Assembly: GCF_000150275.1 (NCBI RefSeq)
Contig: NW_002060965.1
Location: 744,001 to 808,000 of the forward strand
Length of the DNA: 64,000 bases
Origin: Trichoplax adhaerens
Lineage: Eukaryota; Animalia; Placozoa
Direction of reading: 5' to 3'
Shown: piece after piece, positions 13,025 through 26,687 of the stretch
Layout: each line of letters opens with the position of its first letter
Numbering within the stretch: position 1 is the stretch's first letter
Made by a program: the position numbers and the translations under genes
Notes under the pieces: model-generated
The model's database searches: none
What the model was told of the DNA's origin: nothing
What the model saw: the letters and a program-made list of their open reading frames with translations, nothing else

Positions 13025-15558
13025 AAGGCCGAAGGAAGTTAATTCTCTAATCATGAATCAAATATATTGCGAATAAAATTTTATTCCAGTAGTAAGTATC
13101 TTATAATATCACACACTATCAATTAAATTGTGTATCTGACCTGATTGAAAAAAAATTTAATTAATATTTAGTTGCTACCGTTTTTGCTGCAATTGTAATT
13201 TTTAAGCCAATTAAAAATTTATAGGTAAACTTTTAATATTAATTGAATAGAAATTTATCGCTGAAATTGCAATTATTGAAATATTCCTAACGTTATCATT
13301 CAAATAAGTGTAAGTAGATGCAGTAGTACGACATGAAATCTAAATCAATTAGCTTAACCAATACAAAGAGCCAGTATGTCATGGCATGCCGAAATGATGC
13401 CATTAACGTATATATATCAATTAATTGAGCGATTATAGGATTTAACTGTAAAGATTTTACAGATTATGATTTATTAAATTCCGATTTTATGATGTACTAT
13501 CGATCGGTAGAAATAGATATCATAATTTATAAGTGAAATTCAATTATAATCGTACAGTACAATATAATAAAATGCTGTTTACAGCATAACATTGGTATAA
13601 GCCTATTATTACTCTGGCATTTAGATGATGTGCATAATAATTATTTTGGATTGTTTTCAAGTATTAAGAATTCAATTTTATCGAATGTATAATGTATACA
13701 ATTTAATAGCTAGAGCTGATTATATGATATAATAAAGTACCGATAATTACTTATGGTACATTAATAATTTAGGGTAACTAAAATAAGTCAGAAAAGAATT
13801 TGCGAACTTAGATATTTAATACATTAAATTCTTACATGTTTACAAGAACAAGATAACATAATAATTCGTTATTAGTTTTCGGCCTTCAAATGTATTTATT
13901 TATAGAGATTCATAAATTATCTTATCAGCAGATGATGCTTAGGTGAATCCGTGACTGATATTTAGTAAATAAGACATTGACCAGATGTACAGATTATTAA
14001 GTATCTTGTTCCTATGTTAAAGCTATTCGCTGAAGTATTATTCATAAATGGATCAAACACTATTAAGGGCAGAACGTTATAAGGATATAATATTAATTAG
14101 TATTGTAAGAAATCACATTTATACGGAAACAGTAGTACAAACACTATTACAACCAATAATATATATCTGAATGATAGAGATACTGGTATAGACAACTAAA
14201 AGCACCTATCAAGCAGAATATACCTAATGGAATTAAATGTCATTAAGCTAATTATAAAATTATGTCAACGGCAATTCTATTGCTTAAAATATAACGTTTG
14301 ATACCCTATTATATTAATAATAATGTATGTGAATGGAATAATAAATTATTGTCTGTTTGGGAATACTATCAATATAAGTACGGCTTTGATGCAATCATAA
14401 TTATATTCAAGAAAGTTTACCTGACCAAAGCGCGTAAAATTCATGATAATAGACAGCGCATCTTTTTGCAATTAGAACAACGATTACCTTTGTGCAATAA
14501 AGCTTTTATTAATTGTATACGAAAAAATCTACTAGCATATCCTTGGAGCAAAAGTTAGTGAACTTAAATTTTTGCCTGTAGCACTAAAATTTCGTATATT
14601 TTTCTTTCATCAGATAAGAATAATCGAAATTTTAGCTCTAATCGTTATAAGAAATTAATTTTAAAATTTCTGATAGAACAATCGCAATAAATTGCATGAT
14701 TTTCTTAAATTTTTAAATTAACCACCGTTGGTTCATGACCGACTACAAATAAAAATTATATCATTATGTAATAATCTAGATTTAATATATAAGCATACAG
14801 TCATGCGAAAAATCGCCACTCTACCATTATAGTGTTTAACAGAGAGAATCTGATAAAAATTACTGGAACTGTCTTACAGCATTACAGCTGGTAGTACAAT
14901 CAACGACGAATCACAAGTCATATTAGCTATATTGAAAGAATAATCCAAAGCAGTGCAGTAGCTAACACGTAATCGAAAATTCAAAATTTTTTGCATTAAA
15001 ATGTCTAGTATTTCGACGTCAGTAGATTATAAAAGCTATGCACAATAGCTAGATGTAATGAAGAAAATTGTTACGATTGATTATATAGTCCGCATAGACT
15101 TAAACTGGTGTGATTTTGCCCGTTGATGTAGACGAGGCCGATAGCGGAATTGACGGAAGGGCTCTAAAAATAATCAATAGCGTAAGAGAAAGATATAAGA
15201 TCGTAAAAATAAAGCAATTCATCATTTTTTGATTAATCACACTTTTATAAAAGCTGATATTGCAGATAATATTAGATTATACAGAAAAATGGCATGTTCT
15301 TAGGCTTCTAAGCAAACTATATAAAATTTCTTATGGCGATAAAGGATATACTGTACGCAAGTACAAAATTGCAAAATTTTGTTTGTCTTTTCATCATTTC
15401 AAAACTATCTTAAAGGCAGACCATGGATATCCGGTATAGTAATTATATTTGATTTTATAACATATAATATTAATTGTGATGCGTAGTATCAAAGATACAG
15501 TAAACGTTGATGCACACTAATTTAAATGTTTTAGTAGTTTTAAATTGAATAAGTGCAC

Positions 15559-16614
15559 TTACGATATCAAACGACCGCGATTTTCGGTTAATTCACGAGA
15601 TCTTGATTTATGTAAATATTTGGAGAAACTGCTCCTGGCTGATGTTAGATCGGTAGCTGCGGAAGTCGATATGTTTAATTTCGATGTTTTTATAAGGCAG
15701 TCTTTAGCAGCTTCCCTCACATCGGCATTAAAATAGGCAAAAAGTAATGGACTAATAGCTGGATTTGAGAATGCTAGAATTTGTAATGGCCGCCATATAG
15801 AAATTAAGAAATCGTTCATATCCAGTCTTAATATCAAGTAATAAGTTGTATAAGGTATCCAACATAGGCAAAAAATCCCGACAATAATGCTGACTTGAAG
15901 GAGTGCTTTCTTATTTTTTTTCTCAGTTATGATCGAATTTTTAGTTCTAAGATGATTTCTATTCATAGTACGAACAATCCATACAATTCTAGTATATGTA
16001 GCAATAATAATAATCAAAGGTATGTAAAATAAAATAATAAATACGATATAATAATAAATAGTTTCAGCTAGTTCATCATTGGAGCGATTTGTACATACTT
16101 GATTACTCAAGTTAAAAAATATCATAAAAGGTATAAAACCAGCTAGAGTTGAAAATGCCCATGATATTAGCAATACTATAATAACATTACGTTGTGTTAT
16201 TAAAGATTTATAACGGAATGGATATACAACAGAAAAATAACGTTCCAAGCTGAGAATGCACATATGAAAGTTTAAATTAATAAAAAATGATATGCCAAAT
16301 GTAAGACTTAAGTTACAAAACAGTGGTGATTTCTTTAATGTACTAGCTTCAAGAACTTGCCTGGGCACTAAATATAAGACAGCAATTAAAATAGCATCTA
16401 ACGACATACTAATTAATATACAATTGGAGATAGTTCGAAGGCGTTTTTGCAAGGCGATAAAAACAAGTAGAATGGAATTACCAACAGTAATAAAGCATGC
16501 CACACAGAGCCAAACTACCATTACCCAAAGTGGCCTTGGTGGTACTGGATTTCCAAGGGTGCTATTAGATTTATTGGAAAAATTGGCGAAGCTGGTTGTA
16601 TTGATGGAAGTCAT
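15559..16614 (-). CDS. Intronless rhodopsin-like (class A) GPCR
   Basis: 351 aa with N-glycosylation sites in the N-terminus (NTT, NFS, NKS, NST), GN in TM1, LRT in ICL1, SLERY..YPFRY, TM4 W, CWIPY and NPAISPLLFAYF. Confidence 0.95.
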   Translation of the reverse strand: MTSINTTSFANFSNKSNSTLGNPVPPRPLWVMVVWLCVACFITVGNSILLVFIALQKRLRTISNCILISMSLDAILIAVLYLVPRQVLEASTLKKSPLFCNLSLTFGISFFINLNFHMCILSLERYFSVVYPFRYKSLITQRNVIIVLLISWAFSTLAGFIPFMIFFNLSNQVCTNRSNDELAETIYYYIVFIILFYIPLIIIIATYTRIVWIVRTMNRNHLRTKNSIITEKKNKKALLQVSIIVGIFCLCWIPYTTYYLILRLDMNDFLISIWRPLQILAFSNPAISPLLFAYFNADVREAAKDCLIKTSKLNISTSAATDLTSARSSFSKYLHKSRSRELTENRGRLIS

Positions 16615-19600
16615 GATTAGATGACTTTATGTAGTTGTTAATTATTCTAATGGGGAAACTGATCGTCTGATTCCACACTGATAACAATAAATAATGAAAG
16701 AATCTTTTCTTACTATTTCTTCTTCCTTTAAACCTTGAGACCAAGATGATAGCTATAAATTACTTACTATATCATCAAAATGATGGGAAAACAATTTCTT
16801 TTGTAGTATTAGACGGAATACTTGTCGGTGAAATAGAATTCGATGATATAGAATTGGTTTTTATCAAATGTTAACTTCGTACTGTATATAAATATTGAAA
16901 GGATAAGATTTACTACTTTAATTTAACGAAGAATTTTTACACAACAAGTCTGACAGGCTCCGAACCATCGAATGTCAGAGAAGAAATGAGGGCAGATAGA
17001 AAAATCACTAGTTATAATAGATTTTGATTACATACAATTTTTTATTGAATTATTCAATTTCTTTGGAAAGTAATAACGACTGCCATATTCCTTTATTGTT
17101 GACGTTATTTTGTTGAAGGTATGTAATGGTGATAGTCACTTCTATAGGTGCGATTTCATTTACGTTTATATTATATCGTATTTTACCAAATACGTTTGTT
17201 ATTTGATCGATTAATCAATGGAAAAAGCTAAATTAGGAGTAAATAAAGTCATGTCCCACTTTCAACTATGTAGAACAAAGCGATAATAACAAAGAGTAAA
17301 CTATTCCAATGGTCACGAAATTCGTTTCCTCTCCTTAAATTAGAGAAGACTTGTATATATGGATGGACGCATATATTGTAGGCATTTTCATCATGTTATC
17401 CCCTACCTAATGCTATCTTCTTTATCATTAGTATTACCTTTCTTCTTGATCAGTAACCAAATAAGAGCTGAAAAAAGCTAATTTATTTTGTTTCTATTTG
17501 TACAATACCGTAACACTCGATCGAAAAGGAATAGAATTGAAGAAAATATAGGATTTTTTCGCCAATTTTATAATGGATTATTATTGCATCAAAAGTGCAA
17601 CTTTATGCTCCAATGATAGACAAATCGTCCGTTGGAAAAACATTCATCAAATCCAATCTTTTCTACTTTGCTCTACTAGTTTCTTTATCATTAAATGATG
17701 CTCATGTTTTGATTTTAAACTCTTGATCATAAATAAGAAATGAATATGTTATCGCCTATGAAAAAGTGTACTCGTAAAAACAATCTAATTTCAGTAAAAG
17801 GATAGTAGAATTTACTTCGTATGTAAATAAATAAATCAATTTTTAATTGTTGCCATCCACAATATTCCTCTTCATTTACAAAAGCCGTGAGAGAAAATAT
17901 AGCCTATTCGAGTTAAATTGATTAGGATTATTTAACGATGAGTAATCGACCGTAAGAACTTAGATGTCAAAATAGAAAGGATATTTTGGTATAGTTTAGT
18001 TTTAGATAGAAATGGTGCATATTTATATGAGTTTAGTTATACAGTATTGTACAATAAATTGTCTGACAATGTCTATATTTTAATGAGATATTTAAATCAT
18101 GATCTATTTCTTGTGATTAATTAACCTATAGTGCAGTGCAACTTTACGATCTAATATTGTAAATTGAAAGATTTTCTATCATTTTATTATCTCTAATGTA
18201 AATAATATATAGGCTAGACACATAGAATAAAGTACGATATAATTTTCATGCCGCTATCATCATCACTATTAGAAAATATTATTCGTTAAGTCGAGCTACA
18301 GCGATTACTATTAATGCAAATTACTCATTATTAAAAATGGAAAAGGTTTAAGAACGGCTATGTATCATACATAACTCGAAAATTAACAATTTCTTTCCAT
18401 TTACGTTTTTGTTAAATCATTGACTATTATCATTCATTGGGATGAAAGATCATAATACGTCAATCTGATTCATTACGTGAATGAATTAGATTAAATTTCT
18501 GATGGTAAATATGTTGAGTTTAAAAAATCAAGACAATACTTATCTTTTTATTGACGGTAAACAGTACTTTTCTGTTAAAAGAGTTGAATAATTAATGGAC
18601 CAATAGCCTAATTGAGTGTATTTTTGGACGAAATAAAAAAATTTTTACCCTTAAGTGTTGGATTCAACTTTCTTGGAGTTCTAAGAAAAATGATTGAGGT
18701 AACGGTAATCAGAAATGATCGTGTTTAATTAATTTGATGATATTGTATTTATATGCTGTTACAATTATACTAGGAACATAAAATCCTGATTAACTGTTAA
18801 ACTGATCTTTTGAACTGAATCACTGTTATCGTTGTCATTTGATGTTACACATATGTTATCCAAGGTTACACTTATTCTATTCAGTTTATTTTTGAATATA
18901 AATACAATTTTGGTCTAAAAATACGCCATTCAATTGGGAATGAAGTGCAACTTAATAATTATATTCTGGAGTTATTCTTGCGTATTTACTGGTATACGTG
19001 TATGATATTAGTCTTCTAACGTAATTAAAACGATACATTAATGGTTGGGCATAATAAATATAAAATCCCGTAAGACATGGATTTATGGTTAACTCACAAT
19101 GAGCTCTATAGCCATAGTCTATGACTGACGTTTAATTAGCGTAATGTAATTGTAATGAATCTGACATAAAATATCCACTTGTATGGCGTTATAGGCGGAA
19201 GCAAGCCTCTATCGCATCGTTATGCGTAATGCTTTTCAGTGCATTTAATAGGCGCTAGTAATTTATTATTATAATAGTAGTAAATTTCATTGTATAGATT
19301 TTAAGATCATTTTAGGTTTGTTCAAACTAATCAAATGCCGCATTAGAAATGATATGTAGCGATGACACAGGAGCTTTTTCTACCTCGAACAATAATTATG
19401 CGTACCATTTTACGTAATCTCTTATTGTTATATGCAATAATAATAGGCGATCAAAGGGTACTTTAATATTGTTATATAATTATTAGCAAAGCTATTAGCT
19501 TTAATACTATATATTTTCAATTTTAATTACAAAATAACAGCAACATCTTAATGTATCTTTCGTCATCAGAAGGACTCTACCATCAGCGACTGCAATCTGT

Positions 19601-21185
19601 AAATCTTTTGCAATATGCTTTACAAATGCCACAGTAGATTTTTTATTAATCAGCGACGATTATGACATATCTCGATTCAGTCTCTGACTTATATATACAT
19701 ATATATATATATACATGTGAATATTAATGGCGCCCTGAATCGAACTCTATACTAGCATTGATATGACTACAGAAAAGTTGTAAGAGGTATTCTAAGTTAC
19801 AATAATTTTTTATATACTTTTTCTGCAATTCCATTTTATTGGACATAGATGCACTTGTATTAATTTTAATTCCGTAACTAAAAAATAAGAGATATTCCGG
19901 TGTAAATTTTTTTCCTAATATAATGTTTTATAGTGACTTGACAATTTCAATATTGGGATGTAATACCGGTAGCTCTTTCAAACTGATATTAGTTTAATTT
20001 GAGTATATCCTGGTTGCATGTATTGTTTGTATCTTAGATATTAACCAACAACGTATATATCTATATGCTTTATCTTAAAGAAATAATATAAAATCGACGA
20101 GGAATTTATAAATATTATTGTTCGCATTCAATATTAGGTATCGGCATTACGTCTGATTATAATAATTAAAGTTATTATGTATTGCGAGAAAGGTTGTTGT
20201 AAGATATATTGATGTAGCTGTAGGCGTAAGCCGTGTAACGATAGAATTTTTGTGTTTATTCCCGTTCTGTTAAATGATATTATTATATCGTTATAACATA
20301 GTTACATTGTGCATACTAATATCGTATGTAAATATATTAGAAATATCGTAGGATAATATCCGCTATGTCGGATATACGTATGGCTATTATTATTGTACAT
20401 CTATCATTGAATTAACATATTTTAAATATCGAAATGATAAATTGAACATTTACAGTACGTAACTTAATCAATCTAGTATGTATAGAACGGAGATTTTCTA
20501 TTGCAACATAAAATGAGTATTTTGCTGTGTTGCAAAATACTCGCATCATCGTGCATTAGGTACGACATATAAAGTTAAAGCTATAATAAAATTAGAAGTA
20601 AGTCTTGCTATTAGTGCTGGATTTTTGTTTGTAGTACTGAGCACTAGAAAATTACCACTTCGAATTGACGAAACAGCGATTTGTTTCAAGATCGTTTGGG
20701 CTTGAACCACACTCCTCCAGTACTGTAGTACATACAAGTCAATTCACAGAATTTATTACGCTTTGCCTGGGGTAAAACTTGAGAATTAAAATTTATTCAG
20801 TCCTAGTTTTACCCGTGACACCTGCTATGGCCATTGCTCAAATTCTACTTTAAATTGGAAGGTATATGGAACTAAACTAAAGGAACTATTCAATTTCATA
20901 GTGTGAATTTGGTGAATTGTTAAGTAATCTACTACGCCTCTCTTCCCATCAATTTCCTTCAGCTTCAATAAGTAAATCTTGTGATGCAAAGAAATAATGA
21001 AATCTGAGTTTACGAAGTACTATATCGACAATAGATACACGCGGCTAGGTATGCGTATCTAGCCAGTATATCGATAGGGCATGCAGTGATGTTCTATTAA
21101 AGGACAGGAAGTACAATAACAACTGAATATTTTCTCTTAGTCATTATTTTAAACGTTTCTTGCCGGAAAATGAAAATGAATACAT

Positions 21186-21222
21186 TACAATACTCGTATG
21201 TACGCTACATACGAGTATTGTA
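21186..21222. repeat. Perfect 17-bp inverted repeat (hairpin) with 3-nt loop
   Basis: TACAATACTCGTATGTA-CGC-TACATACGAGTATTGTA. Confidence 0.9.
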
Positions 21223-21791
21223 GTTAAAATAGTTTTTACAAAACATTTCATCTCGTCATGGTTCATTTATCCGTTTTGATGTAGCAGTTGATCATTGATA
21301 TTTGTCGCCTTTCGTTGGTGTGCTTCAATTTGAAATAAATTGGTCGTCCAACATTTCTTTCCCATTAAATACTACCTACTTCAAGGTGATTATGAGAACT
21401 AGTGCTTTCACACGATCTACACAAAACATTGTAAAAAAGTACCAACAATATCTTACAAGCCTAATTAGATCGTTTTAAACCCTGTTGTGGGATAGTTTGA
21501 ATGAATAAAACGATCTTATTTGGGGTAATCCAATTTCAGAGTATTATCTCTTTCGCCTATTGGAGCTATAGCCTTACTTCTCTATTTAGTGCTTGCACAA
21601 TTCTTATAATAATAATATAAATAGCCTATAGTAAAGAATTTTTCGTTGTACGGAGCTCGTTGTACTGTATTACAAAGCAGAAAGAAAAGACCATCCTATT
21701 GGAAAGCGTCGTTCCATGACTTTAACTTAGCTATCCAAGTTAATTATTCGATGTCAATAACTGAAAGTTAGTCATCAAAATGCAAGGAAAT

Positions 21792-22440
21792 CAGTATTAC
21801 CTTGGTCATTACTCTATAACCAACTATTCTACTACGTGATTCACTCTCTCATATATCTTGTATCCTCTCCTCTCTTTCCAATTTTACTCATTAATAAACG
21901 CCTTCTCTCACCACACCTTGTGTGTTAGCTCCTTGCCAGGCGACAAGAACTATTCCGTCTATTAGTATAACCAGTATTACTGTAATAAGTTCTCGAGCAA
22001 ATGAAGAGACGACGTATTGGCAAAGAATAGAACTTTATTAAGACTTATAAATGCGAACTAATAAAGTATGACAGCAACGCTCATATATACTGTATAGTCT
22101 ATCATGGAATATTCTAGAACTTATTAGTAGTTATTATAATATACATAGACTGAGTATTCTAGAAGGTTCTATATGCATATGAGGTTCAAAATACGTGCGC
22201 ATCTAAGACTGACCCTTACGAAGTCACTCTACTAATACTATGACAATTACCTTGGTGATTGCTCTACAACCAACTATTCTACTGCGTGATTCACTCTCTC
22301 ATATATCTTGTATCCTCTCCTCTCTTTCCTATTTTACTCATTAATGGCGACAAGAACTATTCCGTCTATTAGTATAACCAGTATTACCTTGGTTATTGCT
22401 CTATAACCAACTATTCAACTACGTGATTCACTCTCTCATT
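21792..22440 (+). repeat. Tandem ~180-bp repeat (about 2.3 units) sharing the 3' part of the neighbouring LTR-like sequence
   Basis: Unit cagtattaccttggt...ccgtctattagtataac at 21792-21971; second unit 21972-22378 (interrupted by the solo LTR and internally deleted); partial third unit 22379-22440. Confidence 0.85.
21981..22245 (-). mobile_element. Solo LTR (265 bp) with 5-bp target-site duplication
   Basis: Ends TGTAATA...TATGACA (TG..CA, imperfect IR), flanked by ATTAC at 21976-21980 and 22246-22250. AATAAA lies on the minus strand at 22034-22039. Sibling repeat units show the empty site cagtATTACcttggt. Confidence 0.85.
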
Positions 22441-22923
22441 GTCACACACCACTAGTGACAAAGTAGTCTACACACGCCAATCCTTGCGGAGAACGCCACT
22501 TACTAACTTAAAGAGGCGAGATTAGCTATATCACCAACTAATTCAGTTCCAACAACCGAATACTATGGTATAATTATAGCGTCACAGATGATGTAGACGA
22601 GATAGTCAGAGATTTACTATCATTTATTACTGAAGGAATCTTGGCACCCAAGATTATAGTCTTCACAATTAAATATCAATTGAAAACTAGTTGACTATCT
22701 AACCGACTAACGAACTAAAAAGGAATCTTCAGGCATCAGCCTTTTATAGTCTCGTCAGAAACTCCTGGTGCATATAATATAAAAGTATCCTTTTAATGTT
22801 ATCTCCTCTCTTTCCTATTTACTCATTAATAAACGCCTATCTCTCACCACACCTTGTGTTAGCTCCTTGCCAGGTGACAAGAACTATTCCGTCTATTAGT
22901 ATAACATGATGGTGTGAGATGGT
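22440..22923 (+). mobile_element. Putative 5' LTR (~467 bp) followed by a degenerate primer-binding site; no internal ORFs
   Basis: TGTCAC start at 22440, TATA-like element near 22772, AATAAA near 22828, TATAACA end at 22906, then TGA-TGGTGTGAGATGG resembling a TGGTGTCAGAAGT-type PBS. The 5' boundary is uncertain. Confidence 0.5.
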
Positions 22924-23974
22924 ACTCTGTATTGTACGTGTTGCAAGACAATATTGGACACTATGGCGTCATTCAGGGAACGTGTCATTTCCGGTTCACT
23001 CATTGAATGCTATCTAGCGTCAAGTGACAACGTGAATTCACCGAATAGCATGACACCATTCGTCGGTGGCGTTGGTTACGACGTGGTCCTTCTTGATGTC
23101 ATGAATGAGAGCTCAAAGATGAATCATAAATGAAAATGAACACAGGAAATTTGCAATAATCATCTTCCATTCCTTTCTGATTCAATTTATTTTCTGCTAA
23201 TTCCATGTTATTCCATCACTTTCTATCATAATTGCAATCTTCCGATTGGCGTATTCTTCTAGTTAATTCGTCTGATTTATCTTTGGAAATGATTTATAAC
23301 CAAAGTTTCAATGCCAATCGATGTCATTATAGAATATCGTTCATAATAGGACATCTACTGGAGGAAAGTCAATTCCTCCTACTCCTCTCTACGATATCAA
23401 TTGCTATTCTGTCAATAATATTTTAGCCTTGTATTGAAATTGAGGTGCTAATGGATGCAAATCACACTATAGGTAAAATACTACATGGGTAACAGAGTTG
23501 ATTTGTTGTTCTTTCTTCTTGTCATCATTTTGTCTTAATATAGAAGGCAGTAGTGAGATTGAAATGCTTACCAAGATACTCATCATTCACCAATGGCATC
23601 ATAGGTAGTATTATACGCGTATGTCGAATAGAGCAGAATTGGTGCTTTCTTTGACTTAATTTTATCACAGTTAATTCTTATTCCGCCGTCACATACTAGA
23701 TCTTAGGCACTGAAATTCAGATACCAGCCAATTTAAATGTCATAATTAGTATATGCACGTACATCAGAAACTATTTCCTTCTTATAACAGTCAATTCTTA
23801 TCCAGCTCTGAAAGGATTGAATAAAAACTACGCTATACGAGACATTCCTGCCAGATGTGAGATCAGCTTGTATCCCATAGAAAACAAAAGTTCAAGAAAT
23901 TTATGGTTAAAGTGCCCTAATATAAAGAATAAAATTTTTTTATACTCTACGGATTCGATTTTACATTAATCATT

Positions 23975-24024
23975 NNNNNNNNNNNNNNNNNNNNNNNNNN
24001 NNNNNNNNNNNNNNNNNNNNNNNN
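23975..24024. other. Assembly gap (50 N)
   Basis: Run of 50 n characters. Confidence 1.
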
Positions 24025-26687
24025 AAACATAAAAAATATAATGACAAACTATACTATTGCTCAAATATCAATTGCTCTATTTCAATCGAGTTCATAATCG
24101 TTTAGGATTAAAAAAAAATACGACTAACAAGCAAAGGAAAGTTTTATTGCGATGAGATGATATAGAACAGTAAAAATCCCTATTATTTTTACCTAGTTTA
24201 GAGATACGGCTATGATAGTAAGAACTGAACGTTATGATTACTGCAATAAACGATAGCATAAAATCGATTTATCAAATTTATAAAAAAATTTGTGATTGTT
24301 ATCCTTTTGTTATAGTACTTAATTTTCTTATTCGATCTTTATGTAAAGACAATTCGAATTTTTATTTTTCACTATGGAATATTATTTGTGTCTTATAAAC
24401 TCAAATGAAAGTTTTACTTTATAAAATAGCGTACGAGTTTAATATAAAGTTTTATGACCGTTGTTACTTTTTCCTATATTTGTTCCGTGACACATTGGCT
24501 CGATTTAACTTATGTAATAAGGGTGACTATACCCAGTCTTAATGAAAAGTCTGATACATCCCGATTTAGATCATTTAGCAATTACAAATATTAATAGGAG
24601 TAAATCATGCAGTAAAGGATTGAAATTTAGTGTCACAAAAGCTAATCTTGTTACCTGTGTTACTAGGCACGTATCTTCTCAAATTGAAAATAAAGTCTCA
24701 GCTTGTTATTGATATCTAATTCATTAGTATTATTGTCAACATACGCCTACTGCAATATGGATCATTTTTGTATTGTTTAGGAATTAATATTATAACCATC
24801 GTTACTTACTGATGCCATATTGCTATAGTATTCTATCGGGATTTTGATATGTAAGAATTTAGCTCCAAAAAGTATTATCAAATTGAATTTATAATGAGTA
24901 CTAATGTATCATAATGAAATAACTGCCTCGAGATATTTGCAATGTTATTACGATTACTTATTGCTATGATATTATTAAATCAATTTATAAATGAATAACT
25001 AAAAGTTCTCAACAATTTTATTACAATTTCGATCATAATTAGAATATCATAATTAGAATATTATGATGTTGATGATGATAAGCAATCATTTCATGATTGT
25101 AGAATAATAAACATATATTTTTGATAGAGATATAGTAAATCTAACTAAATCAACAAGAGAATAATTGTATTATTTCCTACGTCTTGTAAACAACTTGAAC
25201 TACAATTAATAATTTATACACAGAATGGTAAAGATTACGATATTTAAAAATCGATGCATGATTATTTATTCGCTGATAGGGATTCCTGGGTATATTGCGC
25301 CTATAAAAATCAATATATGAAGATTCTAACTGTCATTTCAAGCAATTCAAATTAACATCTTAATTAATATTGTGATTGCTCTTTTGTTTCTGACCGGCTT
25401 TTCTTCAATGGAAAAAGGAATATTAAAATTGTCCTAAAATGAGAGTAAACAACTTGTTTATTACAATATATAAATTTTATTTGTTAACAATGATGTTGAT
25501 AAATCACAATTAGTTAATTGATGTTGTAAATACTTTTATTAGCTTTCAAAAAACATCAGAGCAGATTCGATATCATGGCTCATGATTAGTTGATAACAAT
25601 AAGGACGATAAAATACAGAAATGAGTAATGGAATCACTACTGGAGTATTACTTTTTCTTCAACATACATGTATTACCTTGGTAGATATTGTTAAACTGTT
25701 CCTTTCACCGATAACAAGCTTATTCATGATTATGCCTAGGGGATTTCAATGCAAACTGCGAACAAGTTATAATTAACGTTTTCTGTATTCTGTGATTATG
25801 CTATCATAATTACCGTAGGTCAACTTACATAAATTATTTCACCTTTCAACTTAACTAATAGCGAGATTTAAATGGCATTTAAATGGCATTTTTTGATTAT
25901 AATTATAGTGAATTATTTCACCTTTTACTTTTAATTTACTGTGGGGCTTAATCGTTCTTATTGGACGTAAATAATTTGTCTACTTTGAGAATAATCTAAA
26001 GATTGAAAAATATGTAATGAGTAAGAATAGTTTTGTCACATTTGTGGACGATAACATTTACACTCATATGGGTAATGTACAATATGTTTGTAATTTAATA
26101 AGCAGATAGATACTAATTTTCGACTTTCATCAAAACTTTAGAGGTTTCTTTTACTTCTGTGGTCCAAATAAGCTCGATTTATAATTAATAGTGGTGCTAA
26201 TGCATGATGCCGGTTCACTTTAATATAGCATATGGCGTATTTCTTTCCACTAGTGTGCATAGCACCCTTATCTCTTAAATTACTAAAAAATTCCGTACGC
26301 TCCCCCCAGAAGTTGCAATATGTCCGAATAACAGTAAAACTTTAAGGTAACTGTATACGTATTTCTAAAGCTGATCAAAAATGCACTAAGTGAAATATCT
26401 TACTGCTATTATTTACAAATACGATCTGTTATATAATTTAATCATTGAATAAGGTACTAAATATAGACACCTTTACAGTTGGCATGCCATTTTCAGTAAG
26501 TGCAATTTAGTAGTATAAGCTTGACAATTTTATGTGTTAGATGCTAGATACTTTCGCAATATTGACGTATTAACGACTTGATACAGACTCTTGCAAAGTA
26601 GTCATACTAAATTAACAAGTGTATGAATAACCTGACAGCCTGGTACCTACGCGTATATTCAGCGTGGATTGATCTTGTGGTTGATTC

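Noticed and set aside
16292-16624. 110-aa ORF and other short antisense ORFs (15545-15736, 48246-48503, 60641-60928)
   Set aside because: They are shadows on the opposite strand of real exons.
21792-22440. Repeat-spacer-like layout as a CRISPR array
   Set aside because: Units are ~180 bp with no unique equal-length spacers and no cas genes, in a eukaryotic context. Tandem duplication plus an LTR insertion explains it.
23140-23420. RTE-like LINE 3' end on the minus strand (GITW..AENK..EWK)
   Set aside because: Only a vague resemblance across frameshifts, with no RT motifs.
25490-25800. LCLGDFNANCEQ motif (LINE/DNase I GDFNA, or a second cystine-knot relic)
   Set aside because: The frame has many stops, no further diagnostic motifs and no terminal CxC; it is ambiguous.
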